Shown here in pieces: positions 8,389-17,571 of a DNA stretch of 64,000 nt (position 1 is the first letter of the stretch; every line of letters starts with the position of its first letter). Both the position numbers and the translations under genes were made by a program. The notes under the pieces were generated by a model that saw only the letters and a list, made by a program, of their open reading frames with translations, was not told the DNA's origin and did no database searches. This stretch comes from a virus (lineage: Duplodnaviria > Caudoviricetes), in IMG/VR virus record IMGVR_UViG_3300032218_004357, positions 1 through 64,000 of that record; one strand, written 5' to 3'.

Positions 8389-10631
8389 TACTTCTTCTCC
8401 CAGCGCAAGCGGCAACGGCAGTTAATGGTCAACTCGGGAGGTGCCAGCGGGTCGCCCGGGAACCGCAACATCTGCTTGCCAACGACAAAGCCCTCGTCAA
8501 ACTGAACAGTATTGCCGTCAAGTATGCGGTGAGCACTTCGAACGCGCGAGTCATTCATCGACACCCACGTTTTGGTTAGCGTGCCGTTGCCGCTGCCGTC
8601 CATGCGCTGGTGCGCCTGTTCGGCCGAGATGTAGGTCCCCGCGTTGTAGGCAGTCTGTGCCTCGTGCTCTGCGATGGTCCGACGGCGCGAGTTGAGGAGG
8701 TGGAGGAACGTAGCGACAACGGCCGCTTTGAGAAGCAGGTGCCGATCCTCATCGGTACCTGCACTAAACGCCTGTGCCGTCTGGATAGCCGTCGCAATCT
8801 CGGCACGGGTCGTCTCGTTGGTCTTCTGAACTCGAGCGACCTGATCGTCAAGATATTGCTGCACCGCAGGGTCGTTGAGATCCACCGATTCGCCGGTCTG
8901 CTCGGCGGCGAGGTTGGCCGCTTCCGTCACGATTCCGGCGATCACCGGTCGGACGTCCTCGTCCATCTGCTTATTCCAGACGTCGAGGTCGAACACCGCT
9001 GCAGCCGTCAGCGTCCCCGCCGCCAAGGCCTTGCGCGACTTCGCACCCAACGCCTTCTCGGTGACGACCCGCTGCTGCCGCTCGAACAGTCGCTCCAGCG
9101 ATCGGTCGAGGATCTCGGTCCAGCGGTCGGTCGTCGCCTCAGCCTTGACGTCCCACTCGTCGGGCTCCTTGGTCTGGATGCCGAACACGGCGTCCTTGAA
9201 CTGCATCGCTCCCGTCGGAGCCGACGCCTGTTGAGCGGGTCCGGGTTCCGCCGGAGGTGCCCCCGCATCGGCGGCAGCGGGCGCAGGACCGGTTGCAGAG
9301 GGTGCAGCGTTGTCCCCGGCGGGCGGTGCCCCATCTGCGGGCGGAGCCTCGGGCGGCACGGGCGGCGCTCCGGGTGCTGCGTTCGCGTCCGGTGGCGTCG
9401 GAACTTCCAGTTTCTTCTTCGTGTTGCCGATCGGCGTGAGGTTCGGGTTCGCAAGCATCGAGTCAGCCAACTCGGACTCGACCGTCTTGCGGCCAGCCGC
9501 CTCCCGGTACTCGTTGGCGGTGGCGAGACCCTGCTGAAACTCATTCATCACGTACTGGATGCGTTCCTGCTTCGCCATGATCAGGACCGGCACCGAACTC
9601 GTGTCGAACTCGAAGTACAGGTTGTCGTCGAGGGCGTCCATGCCGCGCGCAAGCATCTCGAGGTGCGGCGGGATCGTCTCGAGCCAGAAGACCCGCAGTT
9701 CCTCGGATGCGTTGGCGTAGGTGCGCCCGGCGGCGTTGCCGACGACCGACTCGGGGACGCCGAATGCTGCGAGGATCTCCTCTTTGGTGATCTGCCGCAT
9801 CTCCGTGTAGGAGGCGTCGCGCGGGCTGGCCGAGGTGTCGACGAAGTCGACGCCCGCCTCGGATGCGATCACGGAGACTGCGCCAGCCCGGTTGATGCCG
9901 CCACGGAACCGGGAGCGCAACTCGTCCTTGTCGTCGTTGTCGATCTCGCCGCGCACGACGACGAGCCCGCCCGGGCGGCCGTCGTTGAGGAGGAAGTTGC
10001 GGTTGTAGTACTTCGCGAGGTTCTCGATTTCGATTGCGACGCCCGCAGCCTCCATCGGCGTCATCGAGAGGTACGGGTCAAGGGGATGCGGATGCTTGAA
10101 CCAGAGGACCTCGCTGGGCTTGAGGATCTGCTTCGGCTGGCCCGGCAGGATGACCTCGAATCCGGCGACGTAGTTCTTCGGATCGGGGATCGGCGCCGTG
10201 TACTGCGGGGGCAGGAGGTGGAGCGCCACCGGCTGGCCGCCCTTCCCTCGGATGATCTCCACGAAGGCTCCCCGGCTGCTCGTCAGCAACTGGGCTGAGA
10301 GGCGGTACCGGAACGCGAACGAGTCCTCGCCCGGGTTGGAGCGTCGGTTCAGGAGATCGAGCACGTCGGCCTTGACGTCGAGTTCTCCCGACGGAAGGTT
10401 GTCTTTCCGGCCGACGACGGGGAGGCGGGCCACGTTCCCGGCAATGGCATCAATGCACCGGTAGACCCACGTGATCTTCTTGACGCCGTCGCGGTAGGCG
10501 CGATCGATGTCCCACGAGTCTTTGTAGCCGCGATTGAGCGAGCCCGGGTTGGTCGAGATGGGGGCGCCGAGGGGTACGGACTTTACTCCCTCGTTATCAA
10601 GCCGTTTTGTATCGCGACTATTCCACGCCAC
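8388..10631 (-). CDS. Portal protein (HK97-like) fused to a MuF / SPP1 gp7-like head morphogenesis domain (747 aa)
   Basis: WVYRCIDAIAGNVARLP, NFLLNDGRPGG and EEILAAFGVP are portal motifs; P/A-rich linker; C-terminal KTW...DSRVRSAH...FPGDP...INCRC is the MuF signature. Confidence 0.9.
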   Translation of the reverse strand: MAWNSRDTKRLDNEGVKSVPLGAPISTNPGSLNRGYKDSWDIDRAYRDGVKKITWVYRCIDAIAGNVARLPVVGRKDNLPSGELDVKADVLDLLNRRSNPGEDSFAFRYRLSAQLLTSSRGAFVEIIRGKGGQPVALHLLPPQYTAPIPDPKNYVAGFEVILPGQPKQILKPSEVLWFKHPHPLDPYLSMTPMEAAGVAIEIENLAKYYNRNFLLNDGRPGGLVVVRGEIDNDDKDELRSRFRGGINRAGAVSVIASEAGVDFVDTSASPRDASYTEMRQITKEEILAAFGVPESVVGNAAGRTYANASEELRVFWLETIPPHLEMLARGMDALDDNLYFEFDTSSVPVLIMAKQERIQYVMNEFQQGLATANEYREAAGRKTVESELADSMLANPNLTPIGNTKKKLEVPTPPDANAAPGAPPVPPEAPPADGAPPAGDNAAPSATGPAPAAADAGAPPAEPGPAQQASAPTGAMQFKDAVFGIQTKEPDEWDVKAEATTDRWTEILDRSLERLFERQQRVVTEKALGAKSRKALAAGTLTAAAVFDLDVWNKQMDEDVRPVIAGIVTEAANLAAEQTGESVDLNDPAVQQYLDDQVARVQKTNETTRAEIATAIQTAQAFSAGTDEDRHLLLKAAVVATFLHLLNSRRRTIAEHEAQTAYNAGTYISAEQAHQRMDGSGNGTLTKTWVSMNDSRVRSAHRILDGNTVQFDEGFVVGKQMLRFPGDPLAPPELTINCRCRLRWEKK

Positions 10632-10822
10632 TATTCAGCCCCAAGGATGTATCCGACAATGCCTGACAGCAGTCCAGCGGCAATCCAACCGGCGGGCGGA
10701 TAAATCATAAACGCTCCGATGGTTGGGAAGACAACGAACGCAATCATTAGAATATTAGCGCTCCAGTGGCGCCAATCCATCTCCATGCGCAGATACGACA
10801 ATACTCGCCGTATGAAGTTCAC
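10631..10822 (-). CDS. Small membrane protein (63 aa, two hydrophobic segments)
   Basis: Hydrophobic helices; stop abuts the portal start; SD-like AAGGTGG upstream. Confidence 0.65.
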   Translation of the reverse strand: MNFIRRVLSYLRMEMDWRHWSANILMIAFVVFPTIGAFMIYPPAGWIAAGLLSGIVGYILGAE

Positions 10823-10837
10823 GAAACCACCTTGCGC

Positions 10838-10846
10838 TGCTAGCGT
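10838..10846 (+). promoter_or_regulatory. Putative extended -10 promoter TGCTAGCGT upstream of terL
   Basis: TGnTAnnnT pattern; the same TGCTA core recurs at 24292, 26634 and 63756. Confidence 0.45.
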
Positions 10847-10887
10847 TCAGTTTTGCCGGGAGGCTACATCGAAGAGGGGCACAACGC

Positions 10888-12195
10888 GTGACCGACTGGG
10901 ATGAAATCCTTCGGTACCTCCGACCGCGCGAGGTGCCGTATTGTCCAGAGAAACCGAGTATCCCACAACAGGTGTTCCTGCGGACGAACGCTATCGAAGC
11001 GCTGTTCGGAGGCGCGGCCGGTGGTGGTAAGTCGTCCGCTCTCCTGATGGCGGCGATGCAGTACATCGACGTTCCCAACTACTCGGCGATGTTGTTTCGT
11101 CGCACGCTCGCTGACCTCACCCTTCCCGGCGCGCTCATGGACCGGTTCCGGGATTGGACTGCCCACTACGAGGAAATCCGGTTCAATCAAAACACCTACA
11201 CGGCGGTGTTTCCCTCCGGAGCCCGCATCACGTTCGGATACCTCAACAACAAGGACGACTACCTCCGCTACAAGGGTGTGGAAGCCCAGTTCGTCGGCAT
11301 GGACGAGGTCACCGAAATTCGGGAATCCGATTACCGGTACTTGTTCTCCCGCCTCCGCCGTCCGGCCAGCGGCCCACTCGCTCAGGTGCCGCTGCGCATG
11401 CGCTGCGCCTCGAACCCGGCGCCCAACTGGGTTCGGCAACGGTTCCTCGTCGAGGGTCCGTCGAAGGGGCGGATCTTCGTGCCGTCGCGCCTCACCGACA
11501 ACCCGGGCGTCGACGCCAACTCCTACCGTCGAGCCCTCCAAGAGTTGGACCCGATCGAGCGGGCCCGGCTCGAGATGGGTGACTGGTGGGCGACCAGCCT
11601 TGGTTCGCTGTTCGAACGAACCAACTTCGTGCAGATCGATCCCACCGACGTTCCGGACCTTGTGGACCCGCCGCCGCGCGCCGTGCGGTTCTGGGACCTT
11701 GCGGCCACCGAGGTGTCCGAACGCAACCCGGACCCGGACTGGACCGTTGGCACCCTGATGATGGTTCATAACGGCATCTATTACGTCCTCGACGTCAAGC
11801 GCATTCGCGACCGTGGGGACAAGGTCGAAGCCCTCATCGCTCAGACCGCCGCCGAAGACGGCATCGGAGTGGCGATTCGCGTCGAGCAGGAGCCCGGTTC
11901 AGCGGGTAAGGCCCTCATCGATCAATACGCCCGGTACATCGTGCCCGGGTACGACTTTATGGGCGAGCGCGCCACGGGCGACAAGGTGAGCCGATCCCGC
12001 CCGTTCGCGTCGGCGGTCGCCAACGGGAACGTACGGGTGCTGCGCGCGTCGTGGCTCACCGACTGGCTCGACGAACTCGCCTCCTTCCCCGAAGCGGCGG
12101 CGCACGACGACCAAGTCGACTCGGCGGTCGGAGCATTCTCGTTCCTGTCCGGTCTTGGACACGGACGGCGAGCCCGTGCTAGCCTCATCGTCTGA
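10888..12195 (+). CDS. terL: Terminase large subunit
   Basis: Walker A GGAAGGGKS, Walker B GMDEV, coupling motif ASNP, nuclease motifs FWDLAAT and HDDQVDS. Confidence 0.93.
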   Translation: MTDWDEILRYLRPREVPYCPEKPSIPQQVFLRTNAIEALFGGAAGGGKSSALLMAAMQYIDVPNYSAMLFRRTLADLTLPGALMDRFRDWTAHYEEIRFNQNTYTAVFPSGARITFGYLNNKDDYLRYKGVEAQFVGMDEVTEIRESDYRYLFSRLRRPASGPLAQVPLRMRCASNPAPNWVRQRFLVEGPSKGRIFVPSRLTDNPGVDANSYRRALQELDPIERARLEMGDWWATSLGSLFERTNFVQIDPTDVPDLVDPPPRAVRFWDLAATEVSERNPDPDWTVGTLMMVHNGIYYVLDVKRIRDRGDKVEALIAQTAAEDGIGVAIRVEQEPGSAGKALIDQYARYIVPGYDFMGERATGDKVSRSRPFASAVANGNVRVLRASWLTDWLDELASFPEAAAHDDQVDSAVGAFSFLSGLGHGRRARASLIV

Positions 12196-12227
12196 CCTAG
12201 TAAGCGTTGCGTACTGAAGAGGAGCGG

Positions 12228-12719
12228 ATGAGCACCGTAAACCCCCTTATTGCTGACGCACAGCGCATCTTCCGTGATCTGCTGGCGAACCTCGACAACG
12301 TACCTTCCGGTTCGCTCGATGATCTTGCTGAAACCGTGTTGGCGCTCGACGACCTGCGCGTCAACCTCGCAGCCGTACGCGACGCATATGAGCAGCGGCT
12401 TGTCGGCGAGATGGACGACCTCCCCGAGATCACGGTCGAGGGTGCCATCCTCCAGAAGCGTCGGTCCGACAGCCGCAAGGCGTGGGACCACAAAGTGCTC
12501 GCCACCGACCTCGCCGAGCGCCTCGTCCAGATGTCGTTCGACATGGAGACCGGCGAGGTCCTCAAGTCTCCCGAAGAACTCATCCGTGAAGTCCTCGACT
12601 ACGCGGGCGTGTCCTACTGGAAGGTGAAAGCGCTCAGTGGCGTGGGCATCGTCGCCGACGACTACTGCGAAGTCACCGAAGGCCCCCTCAAGATCCGCAT
12701 CCAGCGTCTCGACGCCTGA
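12228..12719 (+). CDS. Hypothetical protein
   Basis: SD GAGGAG before the ATG at 12228; coding-like composition. Confidence 0.75.
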   Translation: MSTVNPLIADAQRIFRDLLANLDNVPSGSLDDLAETVLALDDLRVNLAAVRDAYEQRLVGEMDDLPEITVEGAILQKRRSDSRKAWDHKVLATDLAERLVQMSFDMETGEVLKSPEELIREVLDYAGVSYWKVKALSGVGIVADDYCEVTEGPLKIRIQRLDA

Positions 12720-12738
12720 CCTACCGGAGTATCGAACC

Positions 12739-13527
12739 ATGCCCCCCGCCAAGAAGCCCGCCACCTCCATCGAGCCGCTCGTCGAGGACCTTCCGATCGA
12801 ACAGCCCTACGACGACATCCTCGACGCGCGTGACGCTGAACGCGCCCGCATCGTTGTCGAGAAGCAGACCGCCCTCGCCGAGCCGTTCCCCAAGGAGATG
12901 CTCCGGTTCCATCAGGGCAAGAAGTTGACCTACATTCCGGTTGCCGAGGTTATCGCCCGCATGAACCGGGTGCTCGGCGTCGACGGCTGGTCGAGCGAGG
13001 TCGTGCGCATCTGGCGCGAGGACGACCAGCCCGACTGGGTCCTCGCCCACGTGCGCGTCACCGCCATGATCGACTACAAGCAGATCGTCCACGACGGCGT
13101 CGGCGGCCAGCAGGTCAAGAAGTTGCGCTCCGGCAACGGCGTCGTCGACCTCGGCGACGAGTACAAGGGCGCCATGTCCGACGCGTTCAAGAAGGCCTGC
13201 CAAGGTTTCGGCGTCGGCATCGACCTCGCCCGCACGGACGACGCCCTCGCCGTCGAGGAGTCGTACGCGACGCCGCCGATCACCGAGCAGCCCGCGTCCA
13301 CGCAGAACGCGATGGCCGATGCCGTGAGCGCCGAGACGTGGAACACGTTCGTCGCCACGATGAAGGCTTGCACGGACGACGAGAAAGCCGCCGTGCGCGA
13401 GTGGTGGCAGGCCAACTACGGCGACTACGGCAACCCGAACGCCGACACCTCCACCGAGGACCAGATCGTCGCCCTCAACGCGACCATCGCCATCATCCGC
13501 CTCGGCGCCGAACCGGTCAACGAGTGA
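12739..13527 (+). CDS. Rad52/Rad22-family single-strand annealing protein
   Basis: GKKLTYIPVAEVIARMNRVLGVDGWS and KGAMSDAFKKAC...GVG; SD GGAG. Confidence 0.85.
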   Translation: MPPAKKPATSIEPLVEDLPIEQPYDDILDARDAERARIVVEKQTALAEPFPKEMLRFHQGKKLTYIPVAEVIARMNRVLGVDGWSSEVVRIWREDDQPDWVLAHVRVTAMIDYKQIVHDGVGGQQVKKLRSGNGVVDLGDEYKGAMSDAFKKACQGFGVGIDLARTDDALAVEESYATPPITEQPASTQNAMADAVSAETWNTFVATMKACTDDEKAAVREWWQANYGDYGNPNADTSTEDQIVALNATIAIIRLGAEPVNE

Positions 13528-14339
13528 CCCGCAAACCGAACGTGCTGGTCGTTCAGACCGAACCGGTCGCCGACGACAAGCGACCGAAGTACCTGTCGCC
13601 GTCGTCGGTGTCGACGTTTGAGCAGTGTCCGCTCCGGTATCGGTACAGCCGGATCGACCGCTTGCCCGAACCGGCCACGGAAGCACAGGCGCTCGGCTCG
13701 TTCGCGCACGAAGTCCTCGAATCCCTCATGTTGCTCGCCCACGAAGAACGAACGCTGGGACGCGCCCGGCAACTTCTGCTCGACGGCTGGGACGCGAAGT
13801 GGAACGCTGAAACGCACGACCTGCGGCTCAGCGACTACGAACGGCACGTGTTTCGGTGGAACGTGTGGCGGTGCATCGAGAACTACTTCGCGCTCGAAGA
13901 TCCGGCCACCGTGACGCTCGAAGGCGTCGAAGCGCGACTCGAGGGCACGATCGAGGGGGTACCGGTCCTTGGGATCCTCGACCGGTGGCAGTTCGCCCCC
14001 GACGGTACCGCCGTGATCAGCGACTACAAGACCGGCAAGGTCGCACGAAAGCCGTATGACGCCGAGAAGCGTCTGCAGTTGATGGTCTACGTCACGCTGC
14101 ACGAGATGCTGCATGACGTCACGGTCGGCACCGCCGAATTGATCTATCTCAAGGGCAAGGGCACGCGCGTGGCGTACGAACCGACGCCGGAAGCGCGCGC
14201 TGAGATGGTGAGCACCGTTACCACCGTGTGGGATGGCGTAGATTCATCCTGCGCTTCCGGTGAGTTCGAAGCGCGCAAGAGCCGCTTGTGTGACTGGTGC
14301 TCTTTCAAAAGTATTTGTCCAGCGTGGGAGAGAAAGTAA
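13524..14339 (+). CDS. PD-(D/E)XK RecB-like exonuclease with Cys cluster
   Basis: LSPSS...QCP, GILDR, ISDYKTG, QLMVY and terminal LCDWCSFKSIC; paired with the annealase. Confidence 0.88.
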   Translation: MTRKPNVLVVQTEPVADDKRPKYLSPSSVSTFEQCPLRYRYSRIDRLPEPATEAQALGSFAHEVLESLMLLAHEERTLGRARQLLLDGWDAKWNAETHDLRLSDYERHVFRWNVWRCIENYFALEDPATVTLEGVEARLEGTIEGVPVLGILDRWQFAPDGTAVISDYKTGKVARKPYDAEKRLQLMVYVTLHEMLHDVTVGTAELIYLKGKGTRVAYEPTPEARAEMVSTVTTVWDGVDSSCASGEFEARKSRLCDWCSFKSICPAWERK

Positions 14340-14343
14340 CACC

Positions 14344-14874
14344 ATGATGACCGACGACGCTTTTGCCCGGCTCGTTGCCGAAGAAGTCAAAAATCGCGTT
14401 ACCGACGAGCAGCGCGAGTACCTCAATCTTCCGGAGAACAGGGAACGGTGGCAGCGAGGCCTATCGGCCCTGATCGAGAACCTCGACAGTCAGATCGCCG
14501 AACTCGACGATCGCGAGCAGCGAGAGGGCGAACGCTACCGGTCACTCGGTAGCGACGGCCTCAAGTTGCTCGCCGAGATGCTCGCCGATGTCGAGTACCG
14601 GAAGAAGAAGGTCGTGCGATTCCGGCATCACGTCGAGCGCCGTCTCGACGCCGTCCGACGCCTCGCCGAAGGCCAGTCGGAGGTCGTGGAAGAACGCGCG
14701 CGACTCGTCGAGTTCCTGCGCAACGCGATCCAACAGCACAAGACCTACATGACGATCGCCGACCTCAACGCCACGCCGATCGATACGGCGTTGTGGGCAG
14801 CGCTTGACGGTCGCTGGGAGTTCGACCAGATCGACCCGCACGCTTTGCCAGATTCCGACGAAGACGACGAGTAA
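14344..14874 (+). CDS. Hypothetical coiled-coil protein
   Basis: Helical charged sequence in a tightly packed operon. Confidence 0.75.
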   Translation: MMTDDAFARLVAEEVKNRVTDEQREYLNLPENRERWQRGLSALIENLDSQIAELDDREQREGERYRSLGSDGLKLLAEMLADVEYRKKKVVRFRHHVERRLDAVRRLAEGQSEVVEERARLVEFLRNAIQQHKTYMTIADLNATPIDTALWAALDGRWEFDQIDPHALPDSDEDDE

Positions 14875-14876
14875 CC

Positions 14877-15983
14877 GTGCTCCGTTCGACGGTCAAGGTT
14901 GGCGCCGCCACCACCGACTGGTCGCACACCGTCCTCGATGAACGGCACTACCCGGCGATGGGTGGTGCGGGATGGGCTCGCATCGGGCAGGTCAAGGCGG
15001 CAAGCCGCAACCACTGGGTTGCCGGACGACTCCTGCCGATTCACGGGCGAAGCGGTGCGGCACGCGACCTGCGCCTTGCCGTCACCACATGGGATCGCGT
15101 CACGCACGCCGACTGTCCGGTCATCGTCTTGCAGCGGTACATGGACGACGACGTCGTCGCGCTCGTACGTACGGCGCGAGCCAACGGGCAGATCGTCATC
15201 AACGATCTCGACGACTGGTTCTGGGGGCTGCACCCCGAGAATCGGGCATACCGAGATACGTCCCCAGACCTGAACGAACGCTCCAACATCGAGCACTACC
15301 GGCACACTCTGCTGGCTTCATCAGCGGTCGTCACGTCCACCCGCTTTCTTGCGGATCGCGTCAACGAGTGGAATCCACGATTGCGAGTCGAGTGCATTCC
15401 GAACGGCATTGCCGTCGACCGGTTCCCGACTCGTCGGCACCGGGCTGGACCCACGACGATCGGATGGGTCGGTTCGACAGCGCATCGATCCGGCGATCTT
15501 GCGTTGTTGCGGAAACCGTTTGCTGGGCTCGACAAGAAAGTGGGGTTCCACCACACCGGGCATCACCACGATTTCCCGTCGTTCGCTCAGCAGGCAGGTG
15601 TATCGGCAGAGCGCGTGTCAACAACGCCGATGCTCGCGCCTTACGAGTACCCGTACGGGTTCTTGTTCGACGTAGGGGTCGTCCCCCTCGTCGACATTCC
15701 GTTCAATCACGCCAAGTCGAACATCAAAGGGCTCGAGTATGCCGCAGCCGGGATCCCGTTCGTGGCCTCACCATTGCCCGAGTACGTCATCCTCGCCGAA
15801 GAGTACGGCGTAGGACGGCTAGCAAAGACTGCGCGCGACTGGCAACGTCACCTCAAAGCCCTGCTCGATTACGAAGTACGACGCGACGAATCTCGTCGCC
15901 AACGCCACATCGTGGCGGAACATTTCACTGTCCGCAAACAGGCTCAAGCGTGGGACAATCTGATGTGGGATCTCATCGGATGA
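14877..15983 (+). CDS. Glycosyltransferase (GT-B / GT4-like)
   Basis: DLDDWFW, IPNGI, IGWVGST and KSNIKGLEYAAAGIPFVASP (GT4-type KxLEY motif). Confidence 0.85.
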   Translation: MLRSTVKVGAATTDWSHTVLDERHYPAMGGAGWARIGQVKAASRNHWVAGRLLPIHGRSGAARDLRLAVTTWDRVTHADCPVIVLQRYMDDDVVALVRTARANGQIVINDLDDWFWGLHPENRAYRDTSPDLNERSNIEHYRHTLLASSAVVTSTRFLADRVNEWNPRLRVECIPNGIAVDRFPTRRHRAGPTTIGWVGSTAHRSGDLALLRKPFAGLDKKVGFHHTGHHHDFPSFAQQAGVSAERVSTTPMLAPYEYPYGFLFDVGVVPLVDIPFNHAKSNIKGLEYAAAGIPFVASPLPEYVILAEEYGVGRLAKTARDWQRHLKALLDYEVRRDESRRQRHIVAEHFTVRKQAQAWDNLMWDLIG

Positions 15984-16288
15984 GGCGACGCTCACCGAAA
16001 CGCGAAGCGGACTACGAGATTCGGCGTCCGCTCGTCCGACGGCTCCTTGAAGAACGGCCGTGGTGTGAGGCGTGCCCCATCTTCGCTGCGCACGATGCGA
16101 AGATCACCTACGTCCGGCAGCGAAGCGTCGACATTCACGAGGTGCTCACGCGCGGTCGCGGAGGATCCATCTTGGATGAACCCAACCTGCTCGCCGTGTG
16201 TCGTCCGTGCCATCGACGGATTGGCAACTACCCGACGCTGTCCAATCAACTGGGGTTGACTCGAGCAAGTTGGGACACGGGCTTGTAG
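15980..16288 (+). CDS. Small HNH endonuclease
   Basis: CEAC...DIHEVLTRGRGG...NLLAVCRPCH; ATG overlaps the GT stop. Confidence 0.8.
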   Translation: MRRRSPKREADYEIRRPLVRRLLEERPWCEACPIFAAHDAKITYVRQRSVDIHEVLTRGRGGSILDEPNLLAVCRPCHRRIGNYPTLSNQLGLTRASWDTGL

Positions 16289-16290
16289 GG

Positions 16291-16899
16291 CTACTCCATC
16301 GGCGGCATCGTCACCGACTGCTCGCGCAGCCGTTGCGATCCAGACCATGCAGCGGCTAGTTGCTGGCCGTCACCAGTAAGTTCCTCGCCACCGTACAGGT
16401 ACCCGCCCCATCCAGCCGCTTCGTTGATGATGTCGGCGGTATGAATCATTTTGATTGACATGCGGCGCCGTCGGAAGGCGGGCGCAGTGTAGATCTGCTC
16501 CAACTTGGGGTCGCCTTTACCCCACCGGATCGCACCAGCCTGCGGTCGTGATGCTCCAACCTCGGCTCGATATTGATCTGTCGTGAGGACAGTGCCGTCA
16601 GGATACCGAGCATCGGCGTACACAATGAGTGAAATCGTTGGCACAAGCCCGTGATGTTCTTCCACGAGCACCCACCAGAGCGGCGGAGCATCCGGCAGAT
16701 GGTCGTGGATCATTCCGACGACAAGATGACCGGCCGTATCAACGGTTGTCCACGAGAAGGCTGGTGCCGCCGAGGGACGGTCGCCGCCGATGATCGTGGT
16801 CGACTTGGGATGCTCGTCCGTCTCGAACGACTCGACGCGCGCCCAGCGATCGTCCAGCAGACCATCCCGCCAGTACCACAGTTGCGCGAACTTGGACAT
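16291..16899 (-). CDS. Hypothetical protein with a GNAT-like acetyl-CoA-binding segment
   Basis: LEQIYTAPAFRRRRMSIKMI resembles GNAT motif A; start taken at MSKF. Confidence 0.5.
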   Translation of the reverse strand: MSKFAQLWYWRDGLLDDRWARVESFETDEHPKSTTIIGGDRPSAAPAFSWTTVDTAGHLVVGMIHDHLPDAPPLWWVLVEEHHGLVPTISLIVYADARYPDGTVLTTDQYRAEVGASRPQAGAIRWGKGDPKLEQIYTAPAFRRRRMSIKMIHTADIINEAAGWGGYLYGGEELTGDGQQLAAAWSGSQRLREQSVTMPPME

Positions 16900-16901
16900 T
16901 G

Positions 16902-17402
16902 TCAGTCGAGATTCGTTGCACCCGTGTAAGCGATAGAGATGGTCGCCGTCGTGGCTGACCAATCAAAGTCCCCGGGGAAGTCGCCATCATCGGGGAATAC
17001 CCACACGGTGAGGTACTCATCGGTGTCCATCTGAGCGACGTCAGCCGTGTACGCGTCGCCGAAGGTGTACCACTCGTACTCGTCCACGGGCGTGCAGATG
17101 CTGCTGCGCCACAGGGTCTCGGAGCAGATGACCTGCGGCTTCTCGGCGTCGCCGAAGAACGGCACGATGTCCTCGGCCCAGTTCGGGGATTCGGCCTTGG
17201 CGCGACGGCCCTTCACGACGGCCAGCCGATACACGCGACCGTCTTCCGCCATGTCGCCCACGGCGGACGCGTCCACGGTGAACGACACGGCGGTCACCTT
17301 GACGCGAGTCGGGAACGAGATGATCCGGTACGGGGCAGGCCACCCGTTCTCCGTGATCGGGGTGCTGACCGTGATGATCGAATCGGGAATAACGCCGGAC
17401 AT
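16902..17402 (-). CDS. Hypothetical beta-rich protein (166 aa)
   Basis: SD GGAGG upstream; alternating beta-strand pattern. Confidence 0.65.
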   Translation of the reverse strand: MSGVIPDSIITVSTPITENGWPAPYRIISFPTRVKVTAVSFTVDASAVGDMAEDGRVYRLAVVKGRRAKAESPNWAEDIVPFFGDAEKPQVICSETLWRSSICTPVDEYEWYTFGDAYTADVAQMDTDEYLTVWVFPDDGDFPGDFDWSATTATISIAYTGATNLD

Positions 17403-17571
17403 TCATGCCTCCTCGGGACACAACACGATACCAGAAACGAATCGTATTTCGAAATACTACTGCAACGAATAATCCTCACCAGTCCGGTCGCCCGAACGGT
17501 GGGGAAGATTCGTGATCCAGTATACGTTCGGTCCTTGCGGTCCAGTCGCAACCTCGCTACGCTCGGCAGCC

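Noticed and set aside
13524-14339. Cas4-like nuclease suggesting a CRISPR link
   Set aside because: No array or cas genes seen; it is paired with a Rad52-like annealase, as in ordinary phage recombination modules.
15980-16288. HNH gene as a homing endonuclease or intron marker
   Set aside because: Small and free-standing; no interrupted gene or intron structure around it.
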